The notes: generated by a model not told the origin, from the sequence alone. DNA of 64,000 nucleotides from Zhongshania sp. (GCF_029212375.1 NZ_JARGNU010000005.1:161532-225531), one strand, 5' to 3'. Numbered from the stretch's first letter, positions 1 to 9,965 are shown. A program made the numbers and translations.

Positions 1-269
1 CGGCTAACGCCTTTGCGTTTGGCAAACAGCGCGTGCAAGACCAGCCCGCAAAGCAAGCCGCCAAAGGGAATAAAAATGAGCGAGTGCGTGAACTGGCGGT
101 GAAATTCTAAAAACAGCAATGGGTCGCTAGACGAGCGAATCAGCACATCCAAGTCGGCGGCCATGCCGCCCAAAAAACCAAGGCCGAGTGCCGCGGCGCG
201 AGGGGCTTTGCCTATTCGGCTATTGGCGACGGCAGTCGCACCGAGTAGGCCTTGGGTGAGTGGATCCAT
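1..269 (-). CDS. Membrane-bound metal-dependent hydrolase, YdjM/DUF457-like (5' part only; rest lies left of the window)
   Basis: Own minus-strand translation from ATG at 267-269: MDPLTQGLLGATAVANSRIGKAPRAAALGLGFLGGMAADLDVLIRSSSDPLLFLEFHRQFTHSLIFIPFGG..., open to the window edge. The N-terminal MDxLTQ..LLGA, DLDVL and HRxFTHSL pattern is what I associate with the YdjM/DUF457 family. Absent from the ORF track because it is truncated. Confidence 0.55.
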   Translation of the reverse strand, partial: MDPLTQGLLGATAVANSRIGKAPRAAALGLGFLGGMAADLDVLIRSSSDPLLFLEFHRQFTHSLIFIPFGGLLCGLVLHALFAKRKGVS

Positions 270-285
270 GTTACCTTGCGAGTGG

Positions 286-537
286 CTAGGCTGGCTCTTG
301 GTCTTTGCAGCTCAATACCGTCATCAGGCTGTCGAGGTGGCGAATAACTTCTAGGCCACTGCTGGTGAGATAGCCGCCATCGGCTTGGCTAATGAGTTCT
401 TTTGCAAACAGTCGCTCGGTGGCCGCGATAGTTGCTGGCTCGGCGGTGTGGTGGACCTTAATGCCCTCAAGTGCAGAGGCGGGGTTGAATTGGGTTAATA
501 CGCGAATTTCGTCAAGAATGTCTTTCGATAACGGCAT
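286..537 (-). CDS. Small hypothetical protein (83 aa)
   Basis: ORF track only. Compact ORF in an otherwise empty gap between the ydjM-like gene and the amidase. No motif I can name with confidence. Confidence 0.4.
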   Translation of the reverse strand: MPLSKDILDEIRVLTQFNPASALEGIKVHHTAEPATIAATERLFAKELISQADGGYLTSSGLEVIRHLDSLMTVLSCKDQEPA

Positions 538-720
538 ATCTGCAACCTTGTATTGTTATGAGATGGGTGTGTTGCTTGCAAACAGTGTGTCGGCGTTTGT
601 TTTGCTACTGTAGCGCGTATTGCACCGTGCTGCCAAAGGCATTTTTGCTTGTGGGGATATTCCTTGGTTTAGGTAACAGCTCTGTTACTATTCTTAATAA
701 AATAATAGGGGTGGCTGCGA

Positions 721-2184
721 ATGTTTAAAGAATACGGCGAATACGATGCTCTCGGTTTAGGCGAGCTAATTCGCAAGGGCGACGTAAGTCCCAAAGATGT
801 GCTTGACGCGGCACTGGCAGTCGCCAACGAGCGCAACCCCGAGATAAATGCCCTTATTCATCGCTTTGACGAGCGCGCCTATCGCCAAATTGAACAGGGG
901 CTGCCAGATGGCCCGTTTAAAGGTGTGCCCTTTGTTTTAAAAGACTTGCTCGCGTGCTTTGCCGGCGAGCCGCTGCGTATGGGCAGCCGCGGTATTTGTG
1001 TTACACCGGACTACGACAGCGAACTGGTGCGGCGCTACAAAGCCAGCGGGGTGAATATTTTTGCAAAAACCAACACCCCAGAGTTTGGCTTAATTATTAC
1101 TACCGAGCCTAAATCTTTTGGCCCTAGCCACAATCCCCATAAGCACGGTTACAGCACGGGAGGCTCCTCGGGCGGCAGCGCGGCGGCGGTCGCGGCGGGC
1201 ATTGTGCCCATGGCCCATGGTGGTGACGGCGGTGGTTCAATTCGCCTTCCCGCATCGTGGTGTGGGGTGTTTGGTTTAAAACCTTCGCGGGGGCGCAATC
1301 CACTGGGCCCCGATAATGGCGAAGATTGGCAGGGCGCGGTTGCCGAGCATGTACTCACCCGCAGTGTGCGCGACAGCGCGGCAATGTTGGATTGCAGCAG
1401 CGGCGTTGAGTTGGGCGCGCCATATAATATTGCCCCGTCCAAAGAACGTTTTTTGGCGGCGACCCAGCGCGAAGCCCAGCCGCTGCGCATTGCAGTGAGT
1501 AAGAGGCCAATGGTAAAAACCGTGGTCGACGCCGACGTGCTCGCCGCAGTAGACCTTACCGTCCATCAATTGCGCAAGCTTGGCCACCATGTGGAAGAGA
1601 CTGATCCACAGATTGATGCGGACCAATTGTGGCGAGATTTCTTTGTGGTGGTCTGCGCCGAGGTGGCGAGCATGGTTGAGCGCTATCGGCGTTTGTATGG
1701 CGCCGCTGGTGTCGCTAAATTTGAACCGGCAACCAAAAATATGGCCATGCTGGGCCGCTCCTTTAGCGCCGCCGACCTAGTAACGGCCAAGCGCGGTTGG
1801 CACGATGTGCAGCTGGCGATGGGGCGCTTATTGGCCGATTTTGACGTGATGCTTTGCCCCACGGTGCCCACGCCGGCCGAGCCCCACGGCGTGCTGCCTA
1901 ATACTCAGTTTGAAGCGTTTTTGATGCTGGCTAGCCACCGTTTCAATATTGGCAAATTGCTGTTGCGAAGCGGATTGGTGGAGCAAATGGCGGGGCCGCT
2001 TTTGGCGAAAATGGCATTTACTATTATGGGCAATGTTACCGGTTTACCCGCTATGTCGGTGCCCTTATACCTTAGTAAGAATGGTCTGCCGATTGGTATG
2101 CAGTTTACTGGCCGCATGGCCGACGAGGCAACGCTGTTCAATTTAGCGGCGCAGTTAGAGCGGGAGTTGGGATTCACCTGTTAA
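721..2184 (+). CDS. Amidase (amidase-signature family)
   Basis: 487 aa with the Gly/Ser-rich amidase signature GGSSGGSAAAVAAG...GGDGGGSIRLPAS. Confidence 0.9.
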   Translation: MFKEYGEYDALGLGELIRKGDVSPKDVLDAALAVANERNPEINALIHRFDERAYRQIEQGLPDGPFKGVPFVLKDLLACFAGEPLRMGSRGICVTPDYDSELVRRYKASGVNIFAKTNTPEFGLIITTEPKSFGPSHNPHKHGYSTGGSSGGSAAAVAAGIVPMAHGGDGGGSIRLPASWCGVFGLKPSRGRNPLGPDNGEDWQGAVAEHVLTRSVRDSAAMLDCSSGVELGAPYNIAPSKERFLAATQREAQPLRIAVSKRPMVKTVVDADVLAAVDLTVHQLRKLGHHVEETDPQIDADQLWRDFFVVVCAEVASMVERYRRLYGAAGVAKFEPATKNMAMLGRSFSAADLVTAKRGWHDVQLAMGRLLADFDVMLCPTVPTPAEPHGVLPNTQFEAFLMLASHRFNIGKLLLRSGLVEQMAGPLLAKMAFTIMGNVTGLPAMSVPLYLSKNGLPIGMQFTGRMADEATLFNLAAQLERELGFTC

Positions 2185-2206
2185 ATTGGCGAGGCCAAAA
2201 TGCAAA

Positions 2207-2227
2207 GCCCCGCAGGGTATGCGGGGC
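2207..2227. terminator. GC-rich hairpin between convergent genes (possible bidirectional terminator)
   Basis: GCCCCGCA-gggta-TGCGGGGC, an 8-bp perfect stem, lies between the amidase stop (2184) and the stop of the minus-strand gene (2266). The T-tract is weak. Confidence 0.45.
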
Positions 2228-2265
2228 GGGGGTTTAACTGGCCTTAGTCGGAGGAGCGAAAGCGC

Positions 2266-3714
2266 TTATTCGGGGTGCTCTTCTAGCTCGTCATTGGGCC
2301 GGTTGGAAACCGCGGGCGCTGGGCTGTTGCCGTTGTTGGTGTGGTCGCCAGGTACATTTTCTTTAGGCGGCTCATCGACTAGCTGCGAGGCGTTTTTGGC
2401 GTTGTCTTTAATTGCCTTGCGCACGGCGGCATCTACTGTGGCGGGGTCATTGCTGGTTTTAGCCGCTTTTTGCGCCGCTTCTCTGGCCACTTCTTTCATG
2501 TTTTCAGCCACCGGCTCCAGCGCTTCGGCAACCACGCTGTCGGCGACTTTATCGGCGGTCACTTCTTTTACATTGGCGGCAATACCCACGTGGTAAGCAG
2601 CAAAGCCGGGCATTACCATTTGGTTTAAGGCTAAGCCAATAATTTGGCCGGCAACATTGGAGCGTATTACCGAGCTGCGGTTGGTGATGGGGTCGGTAAC
2701 CGAGCCAAGAATATCGCCCTTTTTAACAGTTTGCCCCAGCTTAGCTTCGGTCAGAAAAACGCCGCTCTGGTCGGCGCGCAGCCAAGTGGATTTATAAAAC
2801 ACATTTTGCTTGGGCGCGCGCTGGGGTTTTTGGTCAATCATATTGAGATGATGCATAACCGCTTTAATGCCGTTAACACTCTGCTTTACTTCTTTTAATT
2901 GCAGGCGCAGAGGCTCGCCAGCCTCTAGGGTAACCGCGGGAATGCCGGCATCTACCGCTGCGCGGCGCAGGGTGCCGGGCGCGCCGCCACCGTCGAGCAC
3001 AGTCACATCGTGGAACATACGGCTAAATTGCAGCACGCTTTCCTTACCCAAATTACCGCGCAGCTGGGTGAGGTTGGTGCGGTGGAACGAGCCAGTGTGA
3101 ATGTCGATTAGGCGGTCGCAGTGGGAGATTACTTCGTTAAAAAAGCTATAGGCAATGCGGCCTGCTGAGCTGCCTTTGGGGTCGCCAGGAAAATAGCGGT
3201 TTAAGTCGCGGCGGTCGGGCAAATAGCGCGAGGTGCGGCGAAAGCCATGCATATTTACAATGGGTACACCAATCACCACACCGTTTAGTTTGTCGCTTTC
3301 TAAGCTGAACATTACGCGGCGAATGGTTTCTACGCCATTAAGCTCGTCGCCGTGTACGGCGGCGGTTAGGCAAAGTGTTGGGCCAGGTTTGGTGCCGGCA
3401 GCAACCAAAATGGGGGTGGGCATGGCTAAGCCCGCCACCGCTTGGCCGGCGGTCCAGTACAGGCGCTCAAAACTGCCGCGCAGCACATCTTGCCCGAGCA
3501 GGGTTAAGGCGACCTCGGTATTACCCGCGGCGCTGCCATTTTTGTCAAAGTCGATATTGAGCGCTGCATTTCTGCGGCGGCTTGGCGTGAACGTAGGATC
3601 GGCATCGACGCTAGTTGACTCGTCAAGTGACGCAGGCGTTTGCTCATTGGCCATTGCTGGATTAATTACGCACAACAGGCTGAGTGCTACGCTAAAAACG
3701 AAAGTGCTTCGCAT
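2266..3714 (-). CDS. Succinylglutamate desuccinylase/aspartoacylase-family (M14-like) zinc hydrolase, secreted, with a low-complexity C-terminal tail
   Basis: AAVHGDELNG zinc-ligand region typical of the AstE/AspA family. Start moved to Met115 of the 596-aa ORF (ATG at 3712-3714) because it opens a signal peptide, MRSTFVFSVALSLLCVINPAMA. The upstream 114 codons look non-coding. Confidence 0.75.
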   Translation of the reverse strand: MRSTFVFSVALSLLCVINPAMANEQTPASLDESTSVDADPTFTPSRRRNAALNIDFDKNGSAAGNTEVALTLLGQDVLRGSFERLYWTAGQAVAGLAMPTPILVAAGTKPGPTLCLTAAVHGDELNGVETIRRVMFSLESDKLNGVVIGVPIVNMHGFRRTSRYLPDRRDLNRYFPGDPKGSSAGRIAYSFFNEVISHCDRLIDIHTGSFHRTNLTQLRGNLGKESVLQFSRMFHDVTVLDGGGAPGTLRRAAVDAGIPAVTLEAGEPLRLQLKEVKQSVNGIKAVMHHLNMIDQKPQRAPKQNVFYKSTWLRADQSGVFLTEAKLGQTVKKGDILGSVTDPITNRSSVIRSNVAGQIIGLALNQMVMPGFAAYHVGIAANVKEVTADKVADSVVAEALEPVAENMKEVAREAAQKAAKTSNDPATVDAAVRKAIKDNAKNASQLVDEPPKENVPGDHTNNGNSPAPAVSNRPNDELEEHPE

Positions 3715-4078
3715 GATAATGCGGCTTGCTCCCTTGAGTATTCGCATCGGCCAGTGGGCTGCGATGCCGTATTTTGACAATAAGTTGATTTGGGCCAAAT
3801 TGTATACAAATTCACCAACATAAACGCCCAAAACTTGGTAATTGCCCCAAATTCTATTTACCTTGCTGGGGCTTTGACGGTATACGCTGGCGAAGTTCAG
3901 TCTGTAGCGCTGGCATTTTTGCCAATTGCAGAGGCTGGTAAACGCATATTTCCTAAAAATCGGGGCCTTTGGCGATAAAAGAGCCAAGAAGTCTGGGGCG
4001 TGTCCGACTATAATTGCCGCCAGAGTTTTGCAACACCTCGGTTTGTTGCCCCGCATAACGATAAATTAGGAGTTTGTC

Positions 4079-5626
4079 ATGGCTAAAGATCGCCTGATTA
4101 TTTTTGATACCACCCTGCGCGATGGCGAGCAGAGCCCCGGCGCGTCTATGACCCGCGACGAAAAAGTCCGCATTGCCAAAATGCTGGAGAAAATGGGGGT
4201 GGATGTTATTGAAGCCGGCTTTGCGATTGCCAGCGTTGGCGACTTCGAATCGGTGCGGGCTGTGGCCGAAGCAGTAAAAGACAGCACGGTGTGTAGCTTG
4301 GCAAGAACCGGCGCAGAAGATATAGATCGCGCCGCCGAGGCGCTTAAGCCTGCCGCCGCCGGCCGTATTCACACCTTTATCGCCACCTCGCCTATTCATA
4401 TGGAATACAAGCTGCGCATGGCCCCAGACAACGTGCTGGAGCGCGCGGTGGCGGCTGTTAAACACGCCCGCAATCTCGTTGGCGATGTTGAGTTCTCCTG
4501 CGAAGATGCCTCGCGGTCTGAATACGACTTTATGTGCCGGATTATTGAACAAGTAATCAAAGCCGGCGCCCGCACCATTAATTTGCCCGACACCGTCGGC
4601 TACGGCGAGCCAGGTGAATACGGCGCCATGGTAGCGCGCATCATGAACGGCGTGCCCAATGCCGATCAGGCCATCTTCTCAGTGCACTGCCATAACGACC
4701 TTGGCCTTGCGGTGGCCAACTCCTTGTCGGCAGTAATGCACGGCGCACGGCAAGTAGAGTGCACAATCAATGGTCTGGGCGAGCGGGCGGGTAATGCCTC
4801 ACTCGAAGAGTTGGTAATGGCCATTCGCACCCGCAGCGATATCTTCCCAGTTGAAGTCAGTGTTGACGCCACTCAAATAGTGCCCACCTCGCGGCTGGTT
4901 TCGTCTATTACGGGTTTTCCGGTGCAACCTAACAAAGCCATTGTGGGTGCCAATGCCTTTGCGCACGAGTCGGGTATTCATCAAGACGGCGTGCTGAAAT
5001 ACCGCGAAACCTACGAAATTATGCGCGCCGAAGACGTTGGCTGGAACGCCAATAAATTGGTGTTGGGCAAGCACTCAGGCCGCGCGGCGTTTAAAGCCCG
5101 CTTAGCAGATTTGGGTATTACCCTTGCCCACCAGGCGGCGGTAGATTTGGCCTTTACCCGCTTTAAAGAGCTGGCAGACAAAAAACATGAAATCTTCGAC
5201 GAAGATTTGCAGGCATTAATGAGCGATGTGCAGCCTAGCGAGCGCCATAACCGCTACAGCTATGTGGCATTGGAAGCCGTATCGCGCAGCGGTTTCAAAC
5301 CTCGTGCCGATATTCAGCTCTTGGTTGACGGCGAGGCCAAGCAAGCCGCAGCCGAAGGCGATGGCCCAGTCGATGCCGCGTTTAAAGCGGTGGAACAGTT
5401 AGTTAATAGCGGCGCCAATTTACTCCTTTACTCTGTAAACGCCATTACCAAGGGCACCGACTCCCAGGGGGAAGTGCAAGTAAGATTGGAAAAAGACGGC
5501 AGCATTGTGAATGGCAATGGCGCCGACACCGATATTATTGTGGCCTCGGTAAAAGCCTATCTGGACGCGCTTAACTTACTGGATGCCGGATTAATTAAGG
5601 CGCATCCACAACGCGAGGGCGTATAA
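4079..5626 (+). CDS. leuA: 2-isopropylmalate synthase
   Basis: 515 aa. N-terminus [18 protein letters not shown] and [13 protein letters not shown] motifs are characteristic of LeuA/HMGL-like enzymes. A C-terminal LeuA dimerisation/regulatory region is present. Confidence 0.95.
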   Translation: MAKDRLIIFDTTLRDGEQSPGASMTRDEKVRIAKMLEKMGVDVIEAGFAIASVGDFESVRAVAEAVKDSTVCSLARTGAEDIDRAAEALKPAAAGRIHTFIATSPIHMEYKLRMAPDNVLERAVAAVKHARNLVGDVEFSCEDASRSEYDFMCRIIEQVIKAGARTINLPDTVGYGEPGEYGAMVARIMNGVPNADQAIFSVHCHNDLGLAVANSLSAVMHGARQVECTINGLGERAGNASLEELVMAIRTRSDIFPVEVSVDATQIVPTSRLVSSITGFPVQPNKAIVGANAFAHESGIHQDGVLKYRETYEIMRAEDVGWNANKLVLGKHSGRAAFKARLADLGITLAHQAAVDLAFTRFKELADKKHEIFDEDLQALMSDVQPSERHNRYSYVALEAVSRSGFKPRADIQLLVDGEAKQAAAEGDGPVDAAFKAVEQLVNSGANLLLYSVNAITKGTDSQGEVQVRLEKDGSIVNGNGADTDIIVASVKAYLDALNLLDAGLIKAHPQREGV

Positions 5627-5627
5627 G

Positions 5628-6476
5628 GTGAATGAAGCGCTGCGCTTAGATTATCTCCACGCCATGGGGATAGCGAGCTATGTGCCGCGCTTTGAATTAG
5701 AGGGTGCTGCACCGTCTCCGCTCTGTGACTTAAACCTTGTGGTTGCAGATGTGCCCGCTACCACCCCTGCCAACGATTACAACGAAGAGTCTAATCGCGA
5801 GGAACACGCCACTGAGACAGGGCACTTCGACAGCGACGCCGAATACCAGCAGATGGCTGAGGCGGCGGAGCGCAACAACCGCGACGCGTCAAATGCACCG
5901 CTCAGCGCAGGCTCGCGGCTAGCCTCAACAATGCAGGAATTGGGCTTGGCGAGTTCTGCCCAAGCAGGCCAGAATCCAGCCGCGGCAACGGAGCAAATTG
6001 TCGGCGACGGGGCGCAAGCGGCAGCGGCTAATCCAGAATTTACTGTAGAGCTGGTGGCCACAGGAATCGGCTTATTAATGATTGTAGACACCACCGCAGG
6101 GCCACCCAGCCCCGCCGAAAAACGCTTAATGGCCAATATTGCGGTGGCGGTAAGTCGCCATCACAAGCTTGCTAAGGCGCCAGAGTTCGCCACCTCGCGC
6201 TTTAAATGGCCGGTGTTAAAAGCGCCTGGCTTGTCATTGGGCCGCGACGCGGCTAAAGAAGCACTGCAAGCCAATATCATGGCACAGGCTGAACGCCAGC
6301 AAGCCCATTGCGTAATATTGTTTGGCAGTAGCCTACAGCCGTTTATTGACGTGGCGACCCTGCAAACCGCAGCAGTACAATTACTCTACGCCGCTGAGCC
6401 AGCGGCAATGCTTAGCGATGGCAGCTTAAAAGCCCCGCTGTGGCAGAATTTACGTAAGGTTTTATTCAGTTCATGA
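5628..6476 (+). CDS. Hypothetical protein, possibly a DNA polymerase III psi-subunit (HolD)-like protein with a long low-complexity insert
   Basis: GTG start 1 nt after the leuA stop. Its TGA overlaps the rimI ATG (ATGA). The N-terminus LRLDYLHAMGIASYVPR resembles the HolD N-terminus (RRDWLLQQLGITQW, from memory), and holD-rimI adjacency is known from E. coli. The middle about 100 aa is Ala/Glu/Asn-rich. Confidence 0.4.
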   Translation: MNEALRLDYLHAMGIASYVPRFELEGAAPSPLCDLNLVVADVPATTPANDYNEESNREEHATETGHFDSDAEYQQMAEAAERNNRDASNAPLSAGSRLASTMQELGLASSAQAGQNPAAATEQIVGDGAQAAAANPEFTVELVATGIGLLMIVDTTAGPPSPAEKRLMANIAVAVSRHHKLAKAPEFATSRFKWPVLKAPGLSLGRDAAKEALQANIMAQAERQQAHCVILFGSSLQPFIDVATLQTAAVQLLYAAEPAAMLSDGSLKAPLWQNLRKVLFSS

Positions 6477-6922
6477 TGCGCGTCGCGATGCTTGGCATTA
6501 AACACCTAGAGCAATGTCTGCTACTAGAAAGCCGTTCTGACCCCCATCCCTGGGGGCGAGAAAATTGGTTGCGCAGTTTGCGCGACGACCACTGCCTAGG
6601 TTTGTGGAAGGGCACCGAGCTGCTGGCCATTAGTTGTTACTGCTTGGTGCTAGACGACGTAAGTTTGTTAAACATTGTGGTGGATGCCGACAGCCGTGGC
6701 CAAGGTGCAGGTCGGCGCTTATTAACCGAGGGGCTGGAGTGGATGCAGCAATTTGGTGGCGCCCGCTGTTTACTTGAGGTGCGACTATCCAATACAGTAG
6801 CGCGCTCTTTATACAGCGACCTTGGGTTTGCTGAAGACGGTATTCGCAAGAACTATTACCCCCTTGGCGATGGTTATGAACATGCGGTTTTAATGTCGGC
6901 AGACTTACCGCTAGGTGGATAG
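6473..6922 (+). CDS. rimI: Ribosomal-protein-alanine N-acetyltransferase (GNAT)
   Basis: 149 aa with the GNAT acetyl-CoA motif VVDADSRGQGAGRRLL. Size and position after the holD-like gene fit rimI. Confidence 0.8.
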   Translation: MMRVAMLGIKHLEQCLLLESRSDPHPWGRENWLRSLRDDHCLGLWKGTELLAISCYCLVLDDVSLLNIVVDADSRGQGAGRRLLTEGLEWMQQFGGARCLLEVRLSNTVARSLYSDLGFAEDGIRKNYYPLGDGYEHAVLMSADLPLGG

Positions 6923-6976
6923 CGTTTAGCTGTCAGTAAGCACTAATATCAATGCAAATTACGCAGGTTATAGCCA

Positions 6977-7405
6977 ATGTCAGATCTTGAAATGCAGGAA
7001 GTTGAATCAGATTGGTGGTTTATCGGGCTGCCCGAAGAGTGGCATACCGAGCAGGATGAAGACAGCATACTCATCTTCGACCAAGACGAGCTTGGCTGTA
7101 TAAGCTTGAGCACGTTGCAGGCCAAACACGGTAAACCGACGACTGCCGACGACGTGCGCGAGCTGATAAAAGAAGTGGGTATGCGTCTCGAAGAAGGCAA
7201 AATCTGTAAAATCGGCGACGATTACCAAGGCTGGGAATTTGAAACTGTCGAAGAAGGGGATTATATTCGGGAATGGTTTTTACACGCTGGTGACCATTTG
7301 TTACTTATTAGCTATGCCTGCGCGGAAGACGACCGCGATATGGATCGCGCCGCAGTAGATCAAATTTTAGATACGCTGCGTTTAAAAGACGATGAGCAAG
7401 ATTGA
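6977..7405 (+). CDS. Hypothetical acidic protein (142 aa)
   Basis: ORF track only. Clean ORF with no competing frame and no recognisable motif. Confidence 0.5.
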   Translation: MSDLEMQEVESDWWFIGLPEEWHTEQDEDSILIFDQDELGCISLSTLQAKHGKPTTADDVRELIKEVGMRLEEGKICKIGDDYQGWEFETVEEGDYIREWFLHAGDHLLLISYACAEDDRDMDRAAVDQILDTLRLKDDEQD

Positions 7406-7524
7406 GCGGTAGAGACTGGCGAGTTTTGAATGAAAATTGAACAGAGTCGGCATTTTGGCCGTTTTGGCTGTGATAATCTCAGCTTAGTTTTTGTGTTAGA
7501 GCCTATTTGGCCAATGGTATTGTA

Positions 7525-8442
7525 ATGACAAAAATAATGATTAGCCTGTTTTTAGCCCTTTTTCTCGCGCCAGCAATGGCGGCAGACAAGAGTGGTGCAC
7601 ATAATCCCGCCAATTTGCAGCTAGCCTCGGTAAGTGCTGTGGTAATGGATGCGAGCAGCGGAGAAGTGCTCTACCAGAAATACGCCAATATGGTGAAACC
7701 CATCGCCTCGCTAACCAAGGTGATGACCGCCATGGTAGTGCTAGACGCCAAACTGCCCTTGAATGAGACGATTCGGTTTAGCCAAGACGACCGCAAGGCC
7801 ATCAATTACTATCATTCGCGTATTCGGGTCGACTCTGAGCTAGATCGTGGCGAAGTGCTGCGTTTAGCCCTAATGTCATCAGAAAACTTGGCGGCGGCGG
7901 CCTTGGGTCGTAATTTTCCAGGTGGCCTACCTGCTTTCGTTGCTAAAATGAATGCCAAGGCGCGCGCCTTGGGCATGAAAAACACCCGTTATGTAGACAG
8001 CAGTGGCCTGTCGCACGAAAACGTCTCAACCGCTGCCGATTTAGCCAAGCTGGTTGCCGCGGCCGCTAAATATAAAGAAATCACCAATTACTCAACCACC
8101 CCAATATACACCGCTAATTTTAGCCGCCCACGTTATCGTCTCGACTATGTAAACACCAATCCGCTGGTTCGCTACCAGCGCTGGGACGTAGCCATGAGTA
8201 AAACCGGCTACCTAGACGAAGCTGGCCGCTGCTTAGTGATGAAGGCGAAAGTCGATGGCAAAGACCTATTGATTGTAATGCTCGACTCCTTTGGCAAAAC
8301 CAGCCCGATGGGTGACGCCGGTCGGATCAAACGCTGGCTGGCCTCCGGCAATGGCGGCACCGTCGCCAGCGCCGCTAAAGAATACCAAAAGCGCAAAATT
8401 GCTACGCATCTTGCCAGCCGCGCTACGGCCAGTATTCGCTAA
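7525..8442 (+). CDS. pbpG: D-alanyl-D-alanine endopeptidase/carboxypeptidase (PBP7-like, S11 family)
   Basis: SxxK (ASLTKVMT), SxN (SSEN) and KTG (SKTGY) motifs. Start set at Met7 of the ORF (7525), which gives the signal peptide MTKIMISLFLALFLAPAMA. Confidence 0.85.
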   Translation: MTKIMISLFLALFLAPAMAADKSGAHNPANLQLASVSAVVMDASSGEVLYQKYANMVKPIASLTKVMTAMVVLDAKLPLNETIRFSQDDRKAINYYHSRIRVDSELDRGEVLRLALMSSENLAAAALGRNFPGGLPAFVAKMNAKARALGMKNTRYVDSSGLSHENVSTAADLAKLVAAAAKYKEITNYSTTPIYTANFSRPRYRLDYVNTNPLVRYQRWDVAMSKTGYLDEAGRCLVMKAKVDGKDLLIVMLDSFGKTSPMGDAGRIKRWLASGNGGTVASAAKEYQKRKIATHLASRATASIR

Positions 8443-8484
8443 AGTTTTACTCTTTGCTTAGCTGCGGCTAAGTAAGTTGGTTTT

Positions 8485-8516
8485 GGGCTGTTCCGCTATG
8501 CGGGTCAGCCTTTTTT
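8485..8516 (+). terminator. Rho-independent terminator after pbpG
   Basis: GGGCTGttCCGC-tat-GCGGgtCAGCC followed by TTTTTT, about 45 nt after the pbpG stop. Confidence 0.6.
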
Positions 8517-8532
8517 ATTTAAGGGGTTTCAT

Positions 8533-9015
8533 TTGTATAATCCACAGCAATATGGCGAGCAGACGCTGGCATGGTCGGATTCGGTACTGATAGAAAACGG
8601 CGAAGAGAATATGCTCTATAGCGCCGCGGTTAGCGACCCAGATAAGTGGCAAATAGAAGCGCTATTGGCAAATTGCGTTGAGCGCGCGGTGGACCTGCTT
8701 GCCGTTAATATTGAAGACGACTCTCTCTATCTCATGTTCGAGTGGAATACAAACGCATCGGTGTTAACCGTGGTGGTTTGTGACGACAGCAAACGCCGCG
8801 ACGCAAAGCATCGCGTTCGCTGCGATATGTCAGCTATGAATGCCAAAATCAAACAGCTTTCTGAATCTGAACAGTGGAAATATAAAGGCGAGTCATTTGC
8901 CGATATCGTCAAACACGGCCTTCACGATTACCTCACCACCTGCACCGGCTTTATGCGTTACTCCCTCGTTGCCGTTTTCCATCAAGGCTCGCGTCAGCAT
9001 ACCGAGCTCCTCTAA
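8533..9015 (+). CDS. Hypothetical protein (160 aa)
   Basis: ORF track with a TTG start preceded by AAGGGG. No recognisable motif. First ORF of a slightly AT-richer islet. Confidence 0.45.
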   Translation: MYNPQQYGEQTLAWSDSVLIENGEENMLYSAAVSDPDKWQIEALLANCVERAVDLLAVNIEDDSLYLMFEWNTNASVLTVVVCDDSKRRDAKHRVRCDMSAMNAKIKQLSESEQWKYKGESFADIVKHGLHDYLTTCTGFMRYSLVAVFHQGSRQHTELL

Positions 9016-9069
9016 ATAACTCGTCTTCCCGCATTATGAGCTGGGCTGGAAGCGGTAAGTCGAGATACC

Positions 9070-9447
9070 GTGATCTTCCGCTACAAAGATTACGCGATAG
9101 GTCGCGCAAAGAAATCGTTGGAAAGCGCGAGGAGTTTGTTCGCCGTTTGCTACATTATCGTAGAGTCAGATGATTGCAGAATGCCCCTAGAAGCTGAAGG
9201 AAATTTTATTAGCTACGTTGAGGTTGATCTTAAAGCAGCGGCTCCACACAGCCAAAATCAAGAGTTTGATTTAGAGCCAATTCTTGGTGCTTTACGTATT
9301 GGGCTAACGGAACTCGATTTAGAGAGAAAGAAAACTCATTACCATGCTTGCTATGATCATAGAAGAAAGCTCAAGGTTGGTGTGTTTTGCTTTTATGATG
9401 GCGCACCGTTGACGGTGGCATTTAGCTCAAAATACTATGGAGTGTAA
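9070..9447 (+). CDS. Hypothetical protein (125 aa)
   Basis: ORF track with a GTG start (alternative Met38 at 9181). AT-richer than its surroundings and without a motif. Confidence 0.35.
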   Translation: MIFRYKDYAIGRAKKSLESARSLFAVCYIIVESDDCRMPLEAEGNFISYVEVDLKAAAPHSQNQEFDLEPILGALRIGLTELDLERKKTHYHACYDHRRKLKVGVFCFYDGAPLTVAFSSKYYGV

Positions 9448-9569
9448 ATCGCATAACAAACGGCTGAACCGGACAAATTTTTGCTGCCACCTTATGTGCA
9501 AAGCAACGCACAAAAGCCGCCATTAAGAATTATCTCGGTGAGCTGAGCGTTAAATTACAAGGAGAGTTC

Positions 9570-9965
9570 ATGATCGACCACATTAGCACATATACAACAA
9601 AGTATTTGGTTACAAAATCATTTTACGCGGCGGCGTTTTTGCCGTTGGGCTATTCACTGCAAACGGAGTTTGTTGCAGAGTGGAATCAGGAATTTCCTAC
9701 ACAAAGAATGTGTGCGTTTGGCGTAGAAGGTAAGTCTTCGTTCTGGATAATTGAAACTAAGGAAATTTCTACATCAAGGCACATTGCCTTTTCTGCTGCT
9801 TCCCGTAGCGCGGTCGATAGTTTCTATTATCAGGCAATTAGGAATGGCGGCAAAGATAATGGCAAACCCGGGTTGCGTCCTATGTATCATGAAAATTACT
9901 ATGGCGCCTTCGCCATTGATCCAGATGGGAATAATGTAGAGGCCGTATGTCATGCGCCGGAGTAA
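9570..9965 (+). CDS. VOC/glyoxalase-bleomycin-resistance-family protein
   Basis: 131 aa. N-terminus MIDHISTYTTKY...SFYAAAFLPLGY and the C-terminal DPDGNNVEAV strand are typical of the glyoxalase/VOC fold. A GGAGAG RBS lies 6 nt upstream. Confidence 0.75.
   Translation: MIDHISTYTTKYLVTKSFYAAAFLPLGYSLQTEFVAEWNQEFPTQRMCAFGVEGKSSFWIIETKEISTSRHIAFSAASRSAVDSFYYQAIRNGGKDNGKPGLRPMYHENYYGAFAIDPDGNNVEAVCHAPE

Noticed and set aside
2186-2596. 136-aa plus-strand ORF rich in Ser/Ala/Leu
   Set aside because: It lies entirely antisense to the 3' end of the AstE/AspA-family gene. It is low-complexity with no RBS, a typical shadow ORF of GC-rich DNA.
4005-4016. TATAAT box upstream of leuA as a promoter
   Set aside because: There is a perfect -10 hexamer, but I could not find an acceptable -35 at 16-18 bp spacing. 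It is not reported as a feature.
3715-4056. N-terminal 114-codon extension of the tracked 596-aa ORF
   Set aside because: The extension has no family similarity. A good signal peptide begins at Met115, and the region is more plausibly the leuA/hydrolase divergent promoter region.
3953-4552. 199-aa minus-strand ORF
   Set aside because: It is antisense to the highly conserved 5' end of leuA, and its sequence is His/Gly/Ala-rich nonsense typical of shadow frames.
9016-9069. Possible attC-like element after the 160-aa ORF (AATAAC...CTTCC/GGAAG...)
   Set aside because: It has only short stems (CTCG/CGAG, CTTCC/GGAAG), no GTT-type 3' core, and is too short. It is not convincing.
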